Source: a bacterium (GTDB lineage: Bacteria > Elusimicrobiota > Elusimicrobia > Elusimicrobiales > UBA9959). From it: a stretch of DNA of 64,000 bases. The stretch lies in NCBI GenBank assembly GCA_021811315.1, contig JAJZPF010000010.1:3109-67108 (forward strand). The letters run 5' to 3'. Of the stretch, positions 1 to 8,030 are shown piece after piece; within the stretch, counting starts at the first letter, position 1; each line of letters begins with the position of its first letter. The translations under genes and the position numbers were made by a program. The notes below the pieces were generated by a model. The model did no database searches and had not been told where the DNA came from. It saw only the letters and a list, made by a program, of their open reading frames with translations.

Positions 1-20
1 TTGTTGACGTCAACAAAATG
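1..20. repeat. Palindrome TTGTTGAC|GTCAACAA(AATG), truncated by the window edge; near-identical copy at 155-180
   Basis: Read directly: ttgttgacgtcaacaaaatg is self-complementary about GAC|GTC. Confidence 0.6.
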
Positions 21-154
21 GTTGCTTATCCTAAACATGCGGAGGTGACGCAGGGAAATAAGCGTAGTGCGTCGGAATTCCCGACATACTGCTTTCTATC
101 TATAGGCGACAGTTGACAAGTATTCCTTGATAACTGAGTTTCATTCAATTCTTA

Positions 155-180
155 TCATTTTGTTGACATCAACAAAATGA
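155..180. repeat. 26-bp palindrome TCATTTTGTTGA-ca-TCAACAAAATGA with perfect 12-nt arms
   Basis: Reverse complement of the left arm equals the right arm exactly; lies in very AT-rich non-coding DNA. Confidence 0.85.
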
Positions 181-222
181 TACTCAATCTGCTGGCGTGA
201 GTAATAGCAAGATATTCTGAGC

Positions 223-248
223 CCATTTTCCTGATGTCAGGAAAATGG
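223..248. repeat. 26-bp palindrome CCATTTTCCTGA-tg-TCAGGAAAATGG with perfect 12-nt arms
   Basis: Read directly; same architecture as 155-180 but a different core sequence. Confidence 0.85.
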
Positions 249-414
249 TCGCCACATTGAAATATGATCAGCGACTTACGGCGCAAGGTTGAAATCTGCG
301 TTTGTACAATCATGATTCACCCGACAAAAGTCTTGATTCTCTTTATGTTTGAACTACCGAGGATTCCTCTATGGTTGCGGTAATGCAAAGTTATATGAAT
401 TGGTGGGTTTGGTA

Positions 415-439
415 GAAAATTCGGAATTTCCGAATTTTC
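415..439. repeat. 25-bp palindrome GAAAATTCGGAA-t-TTCCGAATTTTC, 15 nt beyond the stop of the last gene of the minus-strand island operon; possible terminator or operator
   Basis: Perfect 12-nt arms read directly; position just 3' of the CDS 454..750. Confidence 0.85.
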
Positions 440-453
440 TCATGATTAAGTGG

Positions 454-750
454 TTAATGCCGAGACTGCCCGGCAAGTCCTGTTAATTTTTCGCAGTTGC
501 TCTTTTTGCCAGGGTGCGTTAATCGGGGCCATTCCTTGCCACGGCTTAGGTGGTTCAGGAAACGCAGCAGGCGCGCGATCTTCTTTGTATCGACCTCCGC
601 CGGGGTCTGGTTAAGATAGATATGCAATCGCCTATCAAAGGCGGGATTATTGTCCTTTCTAGTAAAACAAACTATTGCCCTTCCGCAATGCCATTCCTCG
701 CTGTGCCGGCAATGCCTGTTTAGGAGCCTGCGCGCCGCAAGGGATTTCAT
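454..750 (-). CDS. Hypothetical 98-aa protein (MKSLAARRLLNRHCRHSEEWHC...), fourth gene of the island operon
   Basis: Internal ATG at 750 of ORF 454..849; ATGA start/stop overlap with the upstream gene (747-750); no family recognised. Confidence 0.5.
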   Translation of the reverse strand: MKSLAARRLLNRHCRHSEEWHCGRAIVCFTRKDNNPAFDRRLHIYLNQTPAEVDTKKIARLLRFLNHLSRGKEWPRLTHPGKKSNCEKLTGLAGQSRH

Positions 751-1028
751 GGGAACTCCTTCTTCAGGAACACGAGCAGGGCTTCTATATCTTTGGGCGC
801 GATATCCCAGCGCATATAAGTCGTGATCGCACATTGAAACCCGTTCCACCCCTCTGGGTTATTCTGGTCCAGTCGGATATCAACGGCAAAAGCCTGGTTC
901 GACTTCCACCATTCCCGGTGGTCCGCCCTGTCGTCCTGGGTATAGTGGCGCTTTTTTAGCAGCTGCTCCAACTGTTTCTTGATCCGCGTCTCCTGCGGCG
1001 TCATTCTTTTTTCTCGCGGCGGTTTCAT
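747..1028 (-). CDS. Hypothetical 93-aa protein (MKPPREKRMTPQETRIKKQLEQLL...), third gene of the island operon
   Basis: Internal ATG at 1028 of ORF 747..1127, 1 nt after the toxin-like gene stop (TGAcATG); no family recognised. Confidence 0.5.
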   Translation of the reverse strand: MKPPREKRMTPQETRIKKQLEQLLKKRHYTQDDRADHREWWKSNQAFAVDIRLDQNNPEGWNGFQCAITTYMRWDIAPKDIEALLVFLKKEFP

Positions 1029-1029
1029 G

Positions 1030-1392
1030 TCAGGGTTTGTAGTGTTTGAATATTCGAGCCCGGTCTTCCAGTTCTTTATCACCTTTGTAGTAGATCTCGA
1101 TAAACTGAACGCGATTTTCCTGGGCAAAGAAAGCGTAGATTATCCGAATTCCTGAATTGCTGCCAGTGCCGCTTAGGGCGCGGCAGGCGAACTTCCTTGC
1201 CTTGTATATCTTGGGCTCTTCGATACCGAGCCCGGCAATGTTCACTATGCCGCCGTTATCTTGCTTGAGCTCGTGGAAAAGGCGAAGCTGGACCGAGATA
1301 AAAGTCTTCAGGTCTGCCTCAAGCGTGCGATAGCGCTTGGACAGTTTTTTGAGTTCCTTCTCGAACTCCGGAAGACAATCAGTCTTTATCAC
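1030..1392 (-). CDS. RelE/ParE-superfamily toxin-like protein (120 aa)
   Basis: C-terminal pattern KARKFACRAL..GSNSGIRIIYAF..ENRVQFIEIYYKGDKE resembles the K.R...G.SGGYR.IY....V.L..IY.K pattern of RelE/HigB/Gp49-type toxins; start overlaps the stop of the upstream antitoxin-like gene by 14 nt. Confidence 0.7.
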   Translation of the reverse strand: MIKTDCLPEFEKELKKLSKRYRTLEADLKTFISVQLRLFHELKQDNGGIVNIAGLGIEEPKIYKARKFACRALSGTGSNSGIRIIYAFFAQENRVQFIEIYYKGDKELEDRARIFKHYKP

Positions 1393-2158
1393 TGTATTCC
1401 CTTACCGAGTATGCCGGTGTGCGATAAAAGACCGACTCGTAATCTATCTTTTTACCATCCTCGGCGGTCATCCAGGGCACGTCGCCATGGGAGTATTCTG
1501 CTATTTGCTTGGTGGACATATCCGACAACTTGTTTATTACCTGGTCGATAACCTCGGTTTCAGCGCCGCTCAGGATCGTGGTGTCTGCCGCCCGCAGCGG
1601 GAGATATTTCTTTTGCAGATAATCGAAATGCTTGTTCTTCACCATTACTAGGTCTTTGTCTTTCATGGTATCTATGATTTTGTGGAATTCTATCGGGGTA
1701 GGTCCGAAGCGATTGCGGATGTATGTGGCGCCAATAAGTTGGGTTTCATACTTCTCGTAGAAATTGAAGTCTATGAAATAGAGCAGCTTGTATATTACAG
1801 TTTCCCCAATATTAGGCTTGGCTCCTACCCTGTTGAGGATGTAGAGCAGGACCTCTTTGAATTTCTTTACATTCCTCTGTGGAACGTTTATGCGGATTTC
1901 TTCTTTTGACTGGGTAGGCATATTGCCCTCTTTTTCCAGGATTACCTGGGGTTCTTTGTTAAGGCTCAGTATGCTGTCCGCGTCAACGCTGAATATTTGT
2001 GTCAGCGCAATAACTTCTTCAGCGGTAACATGTCGTTCCCCGTTCTCAATCTGTGAGACGGAGGGGCGGGCAATCTTTAACTCTTTTGCCAATTGGTCTT
2101 GGCTTAGCCCGGCATTTTCTCTTAACTGACGTATTCTAAAACCTATTTGTTTATTCAT
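1379..2158 (-). CDS. XRE-family HTH fused to a DUF4065/Panacea (SocA-like) antitoxin domain (260 aa)
   Basis: N-terminus MNKQIGFRIRQLRENAGLSQDQLAKELKIARPSVSQIENGER is an HTH_3 pattern; YKLLYFIDFNFYEKYETQLIGATYIRNRFGPTP is a DUF4065 pattern; start moved to the internal ATG at 2158 because the upstream part overlaps a consensus promoter. Confidence 0.8.
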   Translation of the reverse strand: MNKQIGFRIRQLRENAGLSQDQLAKELKIARPSVSQIENGERHVTAEEVIALTQIFSVDADSILSLNKEPQVILEKEGNMPTQSKEEIRINVPQRNVKKFKEVLLYILNRVGAKPNIGETVIYKLLYFIDFNFYEKYETQLIGATYIRNRFGPTPIEFHKIIDTMKDKDLVMVKNKHFDYLQKKYLPLRAADTTILSGAETEVIDQVINKLSDMSTKQIAEYSHGDVPWMTAEDGKKIDYESVFYRTPAYSVREYSDKD

Positions 2159-2176
2159 GTTTGTTGGTGGGTGTTT

Positions 2177-2285
2177 ATAGTATAGCAGACGGAAAGAATA
2201 TCTGTCAATGCCATGTCCGATAATCTTACACACACGCTTAATGGTGCCCAATAAATACGCCTCCAGTGAAAATAGTATAGCAGAC
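2177..2285. repeat. Exact 14-nt direct repeat ATAGTATAGCAGAC at 2177-2190 and 2272-2285
   Basis: Read directly; the promoter-proximal copy contains the -10 element, so the pair are candidate operator sites. Confidence 0.8.
2179..2208 (-). promoter_or_regulatory. Sigma70-type promoter TTGACA-N18-TATACT for the island operon
   Basis: Minus strand reads TTGACAgatattctttccgtctgcTATACT; the -10 ends 20 nt before the ATG at 2158; no Shine-Dalgarno in between. Confidence 0.55.
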
Positions 2286-2311
2286 CATCGCGACAGCGTA
2301 GTGTCGCGATG
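2286..2311. other. Hairpin CATCGCGACA-gcgtag-TGTCGCGATG (10-bp perfect stem), adjacent to the distal 14-mer copy
   Basis: Read directly. Confidence 0.6.
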
Positions 2312-2391
2312 AAAATAGCTATTTTTGCTGTTTCTGCTTTCCCGGGTGGGTAATTCTGCGTACCTTATTTTGGGCGGGGGCATTTAAGGCG

Positions 2392-2443
2392 GGCCAGGCC
2401 AGAGGCGGCGTCCACCATGGGGAAAGCCGCTACTGGCCTGGCC
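2392..2443. other. Long GC-rich hairpin at the AT-rich/GC-rich boundary: GGCCAGGCCAG...CTGGCCTGGCC plus an inner GGCGGC/GCCGCT extension
   Basis: 11-bp perfect outer stem (2392-2402 with 2433-2443), an inner 6-bp extension with one G-U pair, and a 16-nt loop. Confidence 0.7.
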
Positions 2444-2652
2444 TCTCCATATTTCCGTTTGCAGTGTTCCCCCCTCTTCCGGGGGCTACATATAATTACC
2501 AGAAAAGCCCGCCAGGGCGAGCGAACAGCGAGCCGGGGCGGGTTTTTAATAAACCAAGGTGCCCCCGTATAAATTCTTTCCCCCGGTGGCCATAATTTAA
2601 AAATAAGAAAAAAATTAAATTCTGCGCTGTACGGGCCGCTGTTGCGGCCCGG

Positions 2653-2801
2653 GGGTGGAGCGCAGCGACACCGCAGTGCGGCCCGCCAAGGCCCCCGGTT
2701 TTGGGGGCCGGCTGGCCGCGCAGAAGGAGGTTGTTATAAGATGCAGCCTACCGGCGGAGCAAGAGCGAAGGCGCGTAGTGCCGGGTGGAGCGAAGCGACA
2801 C
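2653..2801 (+). repeat. Two copies of GGGTGGAGCG(C/A)AGCGACAC at 2653-2671 and 2783-2801, each followed by CAGTG a few nt later
   Basis: 18 of 19 identical, read directly; related GAGCGnnnAGCGAGC motifs at 2516-2534, 30380-30395 and 30479-30494. Confidence 0.7.
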
Positions 2802-3075
2802 AATTCAGTGATCAGGCCTTGCGAACCCGCTTCTCGCGGCAAGGAGCAGTGCGGGGCCGCGCTGCGTGGCCACGCCTGCGACGACATCTCGCGGTGTCAT
2901 GGGGCGTTCCAGGCGTTGGATCTGTAGAGGTTTTTCAGGAAGCGATACAAAGCAAGGCGGAATCGTCCCCACAGTTCAGCCGAAGGTAATGATGTGGACT
3001 TTTTTCACTGTGATATTTTACCTTTTCACAAGCTGGCGGTGTTTTTTGGTTTGTTGGGCAGGCAGCGGGAGTCCG

Positions 3076-3651
3076 TCATCTGACCGGCGCCGCGGCCGCC
3101 GCCTTCCAGGAGCGCAGGATGTAGGACGCTATGGCCGTTACGCCGAGAGCGCCTGTGAGCAGGGCGAGCGGCGCCTGCCAGGGGTGGGCGGTCAGGATCG
3201 CGGCTATGGCGAAGAATTGGGCTACAGTGGCGGCTTTACCGGTGAGCGAGGCCTGGAATTCCGGGCGCAGGCGGACACGGACGGCGGGCACCAGTTTCCA
3301 GGTCAGGGTCACCAGGGTCTGTATGATCTCGCGGGCTACCAGCAGCAGGATAAGGTAAACAGGGGGCCGGCGCGTTACTATCACGGCGCCGATGACCGAG
3401 AAAGCGAAGAGTTTGTCGCAGACCGGGTCCAGCCACATCCCGAAGGCCGGCGCCGAGGCCTCGCTCCGGCCTTCGCGCCTGAGCGCGCGCCTTTCAAGCC
3501 AGCCGTCCAGCACGTCGGTGGTCCCGGCCGCCGCCATAAGTGAAATTACGTAGGCCGCGCTGGCGGGCCGGACCCAGACCAGCGCGGCCAGGGGCACGCG
3601 TGAAAGCGTAAGCAGGTTAGGTACCGTAAAAAACGGCTCTGATCTGGACAT
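3076..3651 (-). CDS. CDP-alcohol phosphatidyltransferase family protein (PgsA-like, 191 aa)
   Basis: Motif DVLDGWLERRAL...GMWLDPVCDK fits D-G-x2-A/E-R...G-x3-D-x3-D; multiple hydrophobic helices. Confidence 0.8.
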   Translation of the reverse strand: MSRSEPFFTVPNLLTLSRVPLAALVWVRPASAAYVISLMAAAGTTDVLDGWLERRALRREGRSEASAPAFGMWLDPVCDKLFAFSVIGAVIVTRRPPVYLILLLVAREIIQTLVTLTWKLVPAVRVRLRPEFQASLTGKAATVAQFFAIAAILTAHPWQAPLALLTGALGVTAIASYILRSWKAAAAAPVR

Positions 3652-3917
3652 GTTCTACCGGTTAAAATATCATCGGAAGGGAATAGCTTGCCGCGTCCCC
3701 CCGATGTGAGAATTCTACATCTTTCAGGCGGCGGCCGCTACCGGGCGGGCTTTATGCCGGATAGAATGTTTGTACGGGTACTTGGCTTTATCGGAGACGG
3801 CCTGCTCTCCGGGCCGGGGCAAAAGAAAGAGCCTACGAATCCCGTTTATAAGGGCCGCAGGCTCAAGGATATTCTAGCACAAATATTTTAACTGTCAAGG
3901 CCCAAATTAGCAGGCGC

Positions 3918-5729
<1,812 letters not shown>

Positions 5730-5744
5730 TGGTGTGGTAGTTCT

Positions 5745-6845
5745 TTAGCGGCTTCCGCCGCGTTTGTGCTTCATAACGTCTTTCTGCATTTTGGAGAAAC
5801 GCTTGTCTCCGGCTTTGCGCTTCAGCCTTTCCGCTATGTCCATTTTAGCTTTTAGCCGGGAGGCTTCCTCGCGCATCTTCAGGTAATTTTTAAAGTGCTC
5901 CCGGTCCAGTTCGCCGGAATCCAGGGCTTCCCGCACTGCGCAGGACGCTTCGTTAGTATGGGAGCAGTTGCCGAACCGGCACCTGGCGGCGAGTTCCAGG
6001 ATGTCCTCGAAAGTCCTGTCCACCGTCCTTTCCCCGGCCCAGAGTTCCAGCCCGCGCATGCCCGGGGTGTCTATCAGAAGCGCCCCGCTGCCCGGCAGCA
6101 CGAACATCCGGCGCCCGGTGGTAGTGTGGCGGCCCTTCGAATCGTCCGCGCGCACGGCGGCGGTCAGCTGTTCGGCGCGGCCCAGCAAATTGTTCAGGAT
6201 GGTGGACTTGCCGGCCCCAGAGGACCCGGCGAAAACTATGGTCCGGCCCGGGCCCAGCAGTCCGGCCAGGGCCTCGTAGCCTTTCCGGTTCAGGGAATCC
6301 AGCGCCAGGGTTTTCGCCCCGAAGCCCAGCGAGTCTAGTTCCTTTATCCTGGGGGCGATGTCCTGGACCAGGTCCGCCTTGTTAAGGAGCACTACTGCCT
6401 CGGCGCCGCCGGCGCAGGCCGCGGCCAGGTAGCGTTCGGCGCGGCGCAGGTTGTAATCCGCGTCCAGGCCTATCACTATGAAGACGGTGTCGATATTGGC
6501 GGCGATGACCTGCTCGTCCTCCCCGCCGGGGTCTTTGCGCGAAAGGCGGGTGCGCCGCGGCAGCAGGGCCTGGATGGTCTGGCGCCGGGCCGCCGGGTCG
6601 AAAGCGAGGGCTACCCAGTCCCCCACCGCGGGGAAATCGGCCTTGGAGCCGGCGGCTTTGCGGAAATTGCCCGATACCTCGGCGGTGAATTCGCCGCGCG
6701 CGCAGACCAGGTCGCAGGCCATGCGGTGCTCGGCGATAACCCTCGCCGGGATCAGGCCCCGGAGGGCGAAGGGCTCGAAGCTCGCCTGCAGCCCGGGCGT
6801 CCAGCCGAGCTCCTCGATAGCGGGGGCTTTGCGCGGCCCCGTCAT
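5745..6845 (-). CDS. rsgA: Ribosome small-subunit-dependent GTPase A
   Basis: [26 protein letters not shown] and the zinc knuckle [16 protein letters not shown]; ATGA overlap with the pyk stop. Confidence 0.9.
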   Translation of the reverse strand: MTGPRKAPAIEELGWTPGLQASFEPFALRGLIPARVIAEHRMACDLVCARGEFTAEVSGNFRKAAGSKADFPAVGDWVALAFDPAARRQTIQALLPRRTRLSRKDPGGEDEQVIAANIDTVFIVIGLDADYNLRRAERYLAAACAGGAEAVVLLNKADLVQDIAPRIKELDSLGFGAKTLALDSLNRKGYEALAGLLGPGRTIVFAGSSGAGKSTILNNLLGRAEQLTAAVRADDSKGRHTTTGRRMFVLPGSGALLIDTPGMRGLELWAGERTVDRTFEDILELAARCRFGNCSHTNEASCAVREALDSGELDREHFKNYLKMREEASRLKAKMDIAERLKRKAGDKRFSKMQKDVMKHKRGGSR

Positions 6846-7876
6846 CTGGCGGGCCTGTTGGCTTCGGTGTATTTCACTATCTGGTTCATCATGCGCACGG
6901 TTTCGGCCGGGTATTTGCCGACGGCGCTTTCTCCGGACAGCATGACGTAATCCGTGCCGTCGAGGACGGCGTTGGCCACGTCGGAAACTTCGGCTCGGGT
7001 GGGGACGGGGCTGGCGGTCATGGTCTCTAGCATCTGGGTGGCGGTGATGACCGGCTTTTTTAAACGGTTGCAGACCTTGATTATGCGCTTCTGCAGGATG
7101 GGCACTTCCCAGAGCGGGAACATCACGCCCAGGTCGCCGCGGGCGACCATCAGCCCGTCGGCCGCCTCCGCTATCTCCTCCAGGTTCCCGACGGCCTCGC
7201 GGGCCTCTATCTTCGCTATTATTTTGCAGGAGGGCAGGCGGGGTTTTACCAACCGGGCCACCGCCAGCACGTCGGCCTTCGAGCGGACGAAAGACTGGGC
7301 GATAAAGTCCATTTTCTGCGCCACCCCGAATTCTATGTCTTTTCTGTCCTCGGCGGAGAGCAGCGGGAAATCAAGGCGGGCCAGGGGGATGTTCACGCCT
7401 TTGCGCTCTTTCAGAAGCCCCCCCGCCGCCACCTCGCAGGAAAGGGAGCCGCGCCCGCTGGCCTTGACTTCGAGCGCTATGTTTCCGTCGTCGATGTAGA
7501 TGAAGTGGCCTTTTTTTATTACTTTAAGCGAACCTTGATAATCGAACGGGATCTCCCCCGCGCCGCCGGCGGTGTCCGACTGAACAAGGTTCACGCGCTG
7601 CCTCTTTTTAAGCTCCACGGGGCTTTTAAGGCGGCCTATGCGTATGCGGTTCCCTTTCAGGTCCTGCAGTATCAGCACGTGCCTGCGCAGCTTTCTGTTG
7701 AGTTCCCGGACCAGCGAGACCCGGGCGGCGTGCTCCTCCGTGGTCCCGTGCGAGAAGTTGAGGCGCACCGCGTCCAGGCCGGCCAGGTACAGCCTGCGCA
7801 GCGTCGCGGGGCTCGAGCTCGCGGGCCCGAGCGTGGCGAGTATTTTAGTCTTCGGGCTGCGGGGTGTTTTTAGCAT
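6842..7876 (-). CDS. pyk: Pyruvate kinase, short form (344 aa; A and B domains only)
   Basis: [19 protein letters not shown]..., [24 protein letters not shown]; start set at the internal ATG at 7876 ([13 protein letters not shown]). Confidence 0.85.
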   Translation of the reverse strand: MLKTPRSPKTKILATLGPASSSPATLRRLYLAGLDAVRLNFSHGTTEEHAARVSLVRELNRKLRRHVLILQDLKGNRIRIGRLKSPVELKKRQRVNLVQSDTAGGAGEIPFDYQGSLKVIKKGHFIYIDDGNIALEVKASGRGSLSCEVAAGGLLKERKGVNIPLARLDFPLLSAEDRKDIEFGVAQKMDFIAQSFVRSKADVLAVARLVKPRLPSCKIIAKIEAREAVGNLEEIAEAADGLMVARGDLGVMFPLWEVPILQKRIIKVCNRLKKPVITATQMLETMTASPVPTRAEVSDVANAVLDGTDYVMLSGESAVGKYPAETVRMMNQIVKYTEANRPAR

Positions 7877-8030
7877 GCGCGGTTGCCTTTTGACGAGGGA
7901 GGGTCTTGCCGGAAGGCCTGCATAGCATTGTACAAAAACAGGAGAAAAACGTGTATAAATAAACAACCGTCTTTAACTGGGGCCCGACTGGAGCTCCACA
8001 AAAAGACGGCTGTCCGCTGCCTGTAAACTT

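Noticed and set aside
264-380. 38-aa hydrophobic ORF (MISDLRRKVEICVCTIMIHPTKVLILFMFELPRIPLWLR) between the palindromes, possibly a type I toxin-like peptide
   Set aside because: It is too short, with no ribosome-binding site or promoter that I can support. AT-rich DNA produces such ORFs readily.
1-439. Palindromes as integron attC sites, with the small genes as cassettes
   Set aside because: The arms are perfect. attC sites have imperfect arms with extrahelical bases. The palindromes are only 25-26 bp long. The RYYYAAC/GTTRRRY core pair is not present (GTTGACA does not fit GTTRRRY). No intI is visible. This cannot be fully excluded without the sequence to the left.
2742-2989. 82-aa plus-strand ORF preceded by a strong GGAGG at proper spacing
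   Set aside because: The product (MQPTGGARAKARSAGWSEATQF...) is Arg/Ala/Gly-rich with no pattern. The ORF overlaps the repeated 19-mer and hairpins, so the Shine-Dalgarno-like sequence may be fortuitous. It is left unannotated; ribosome profiling could revive it.
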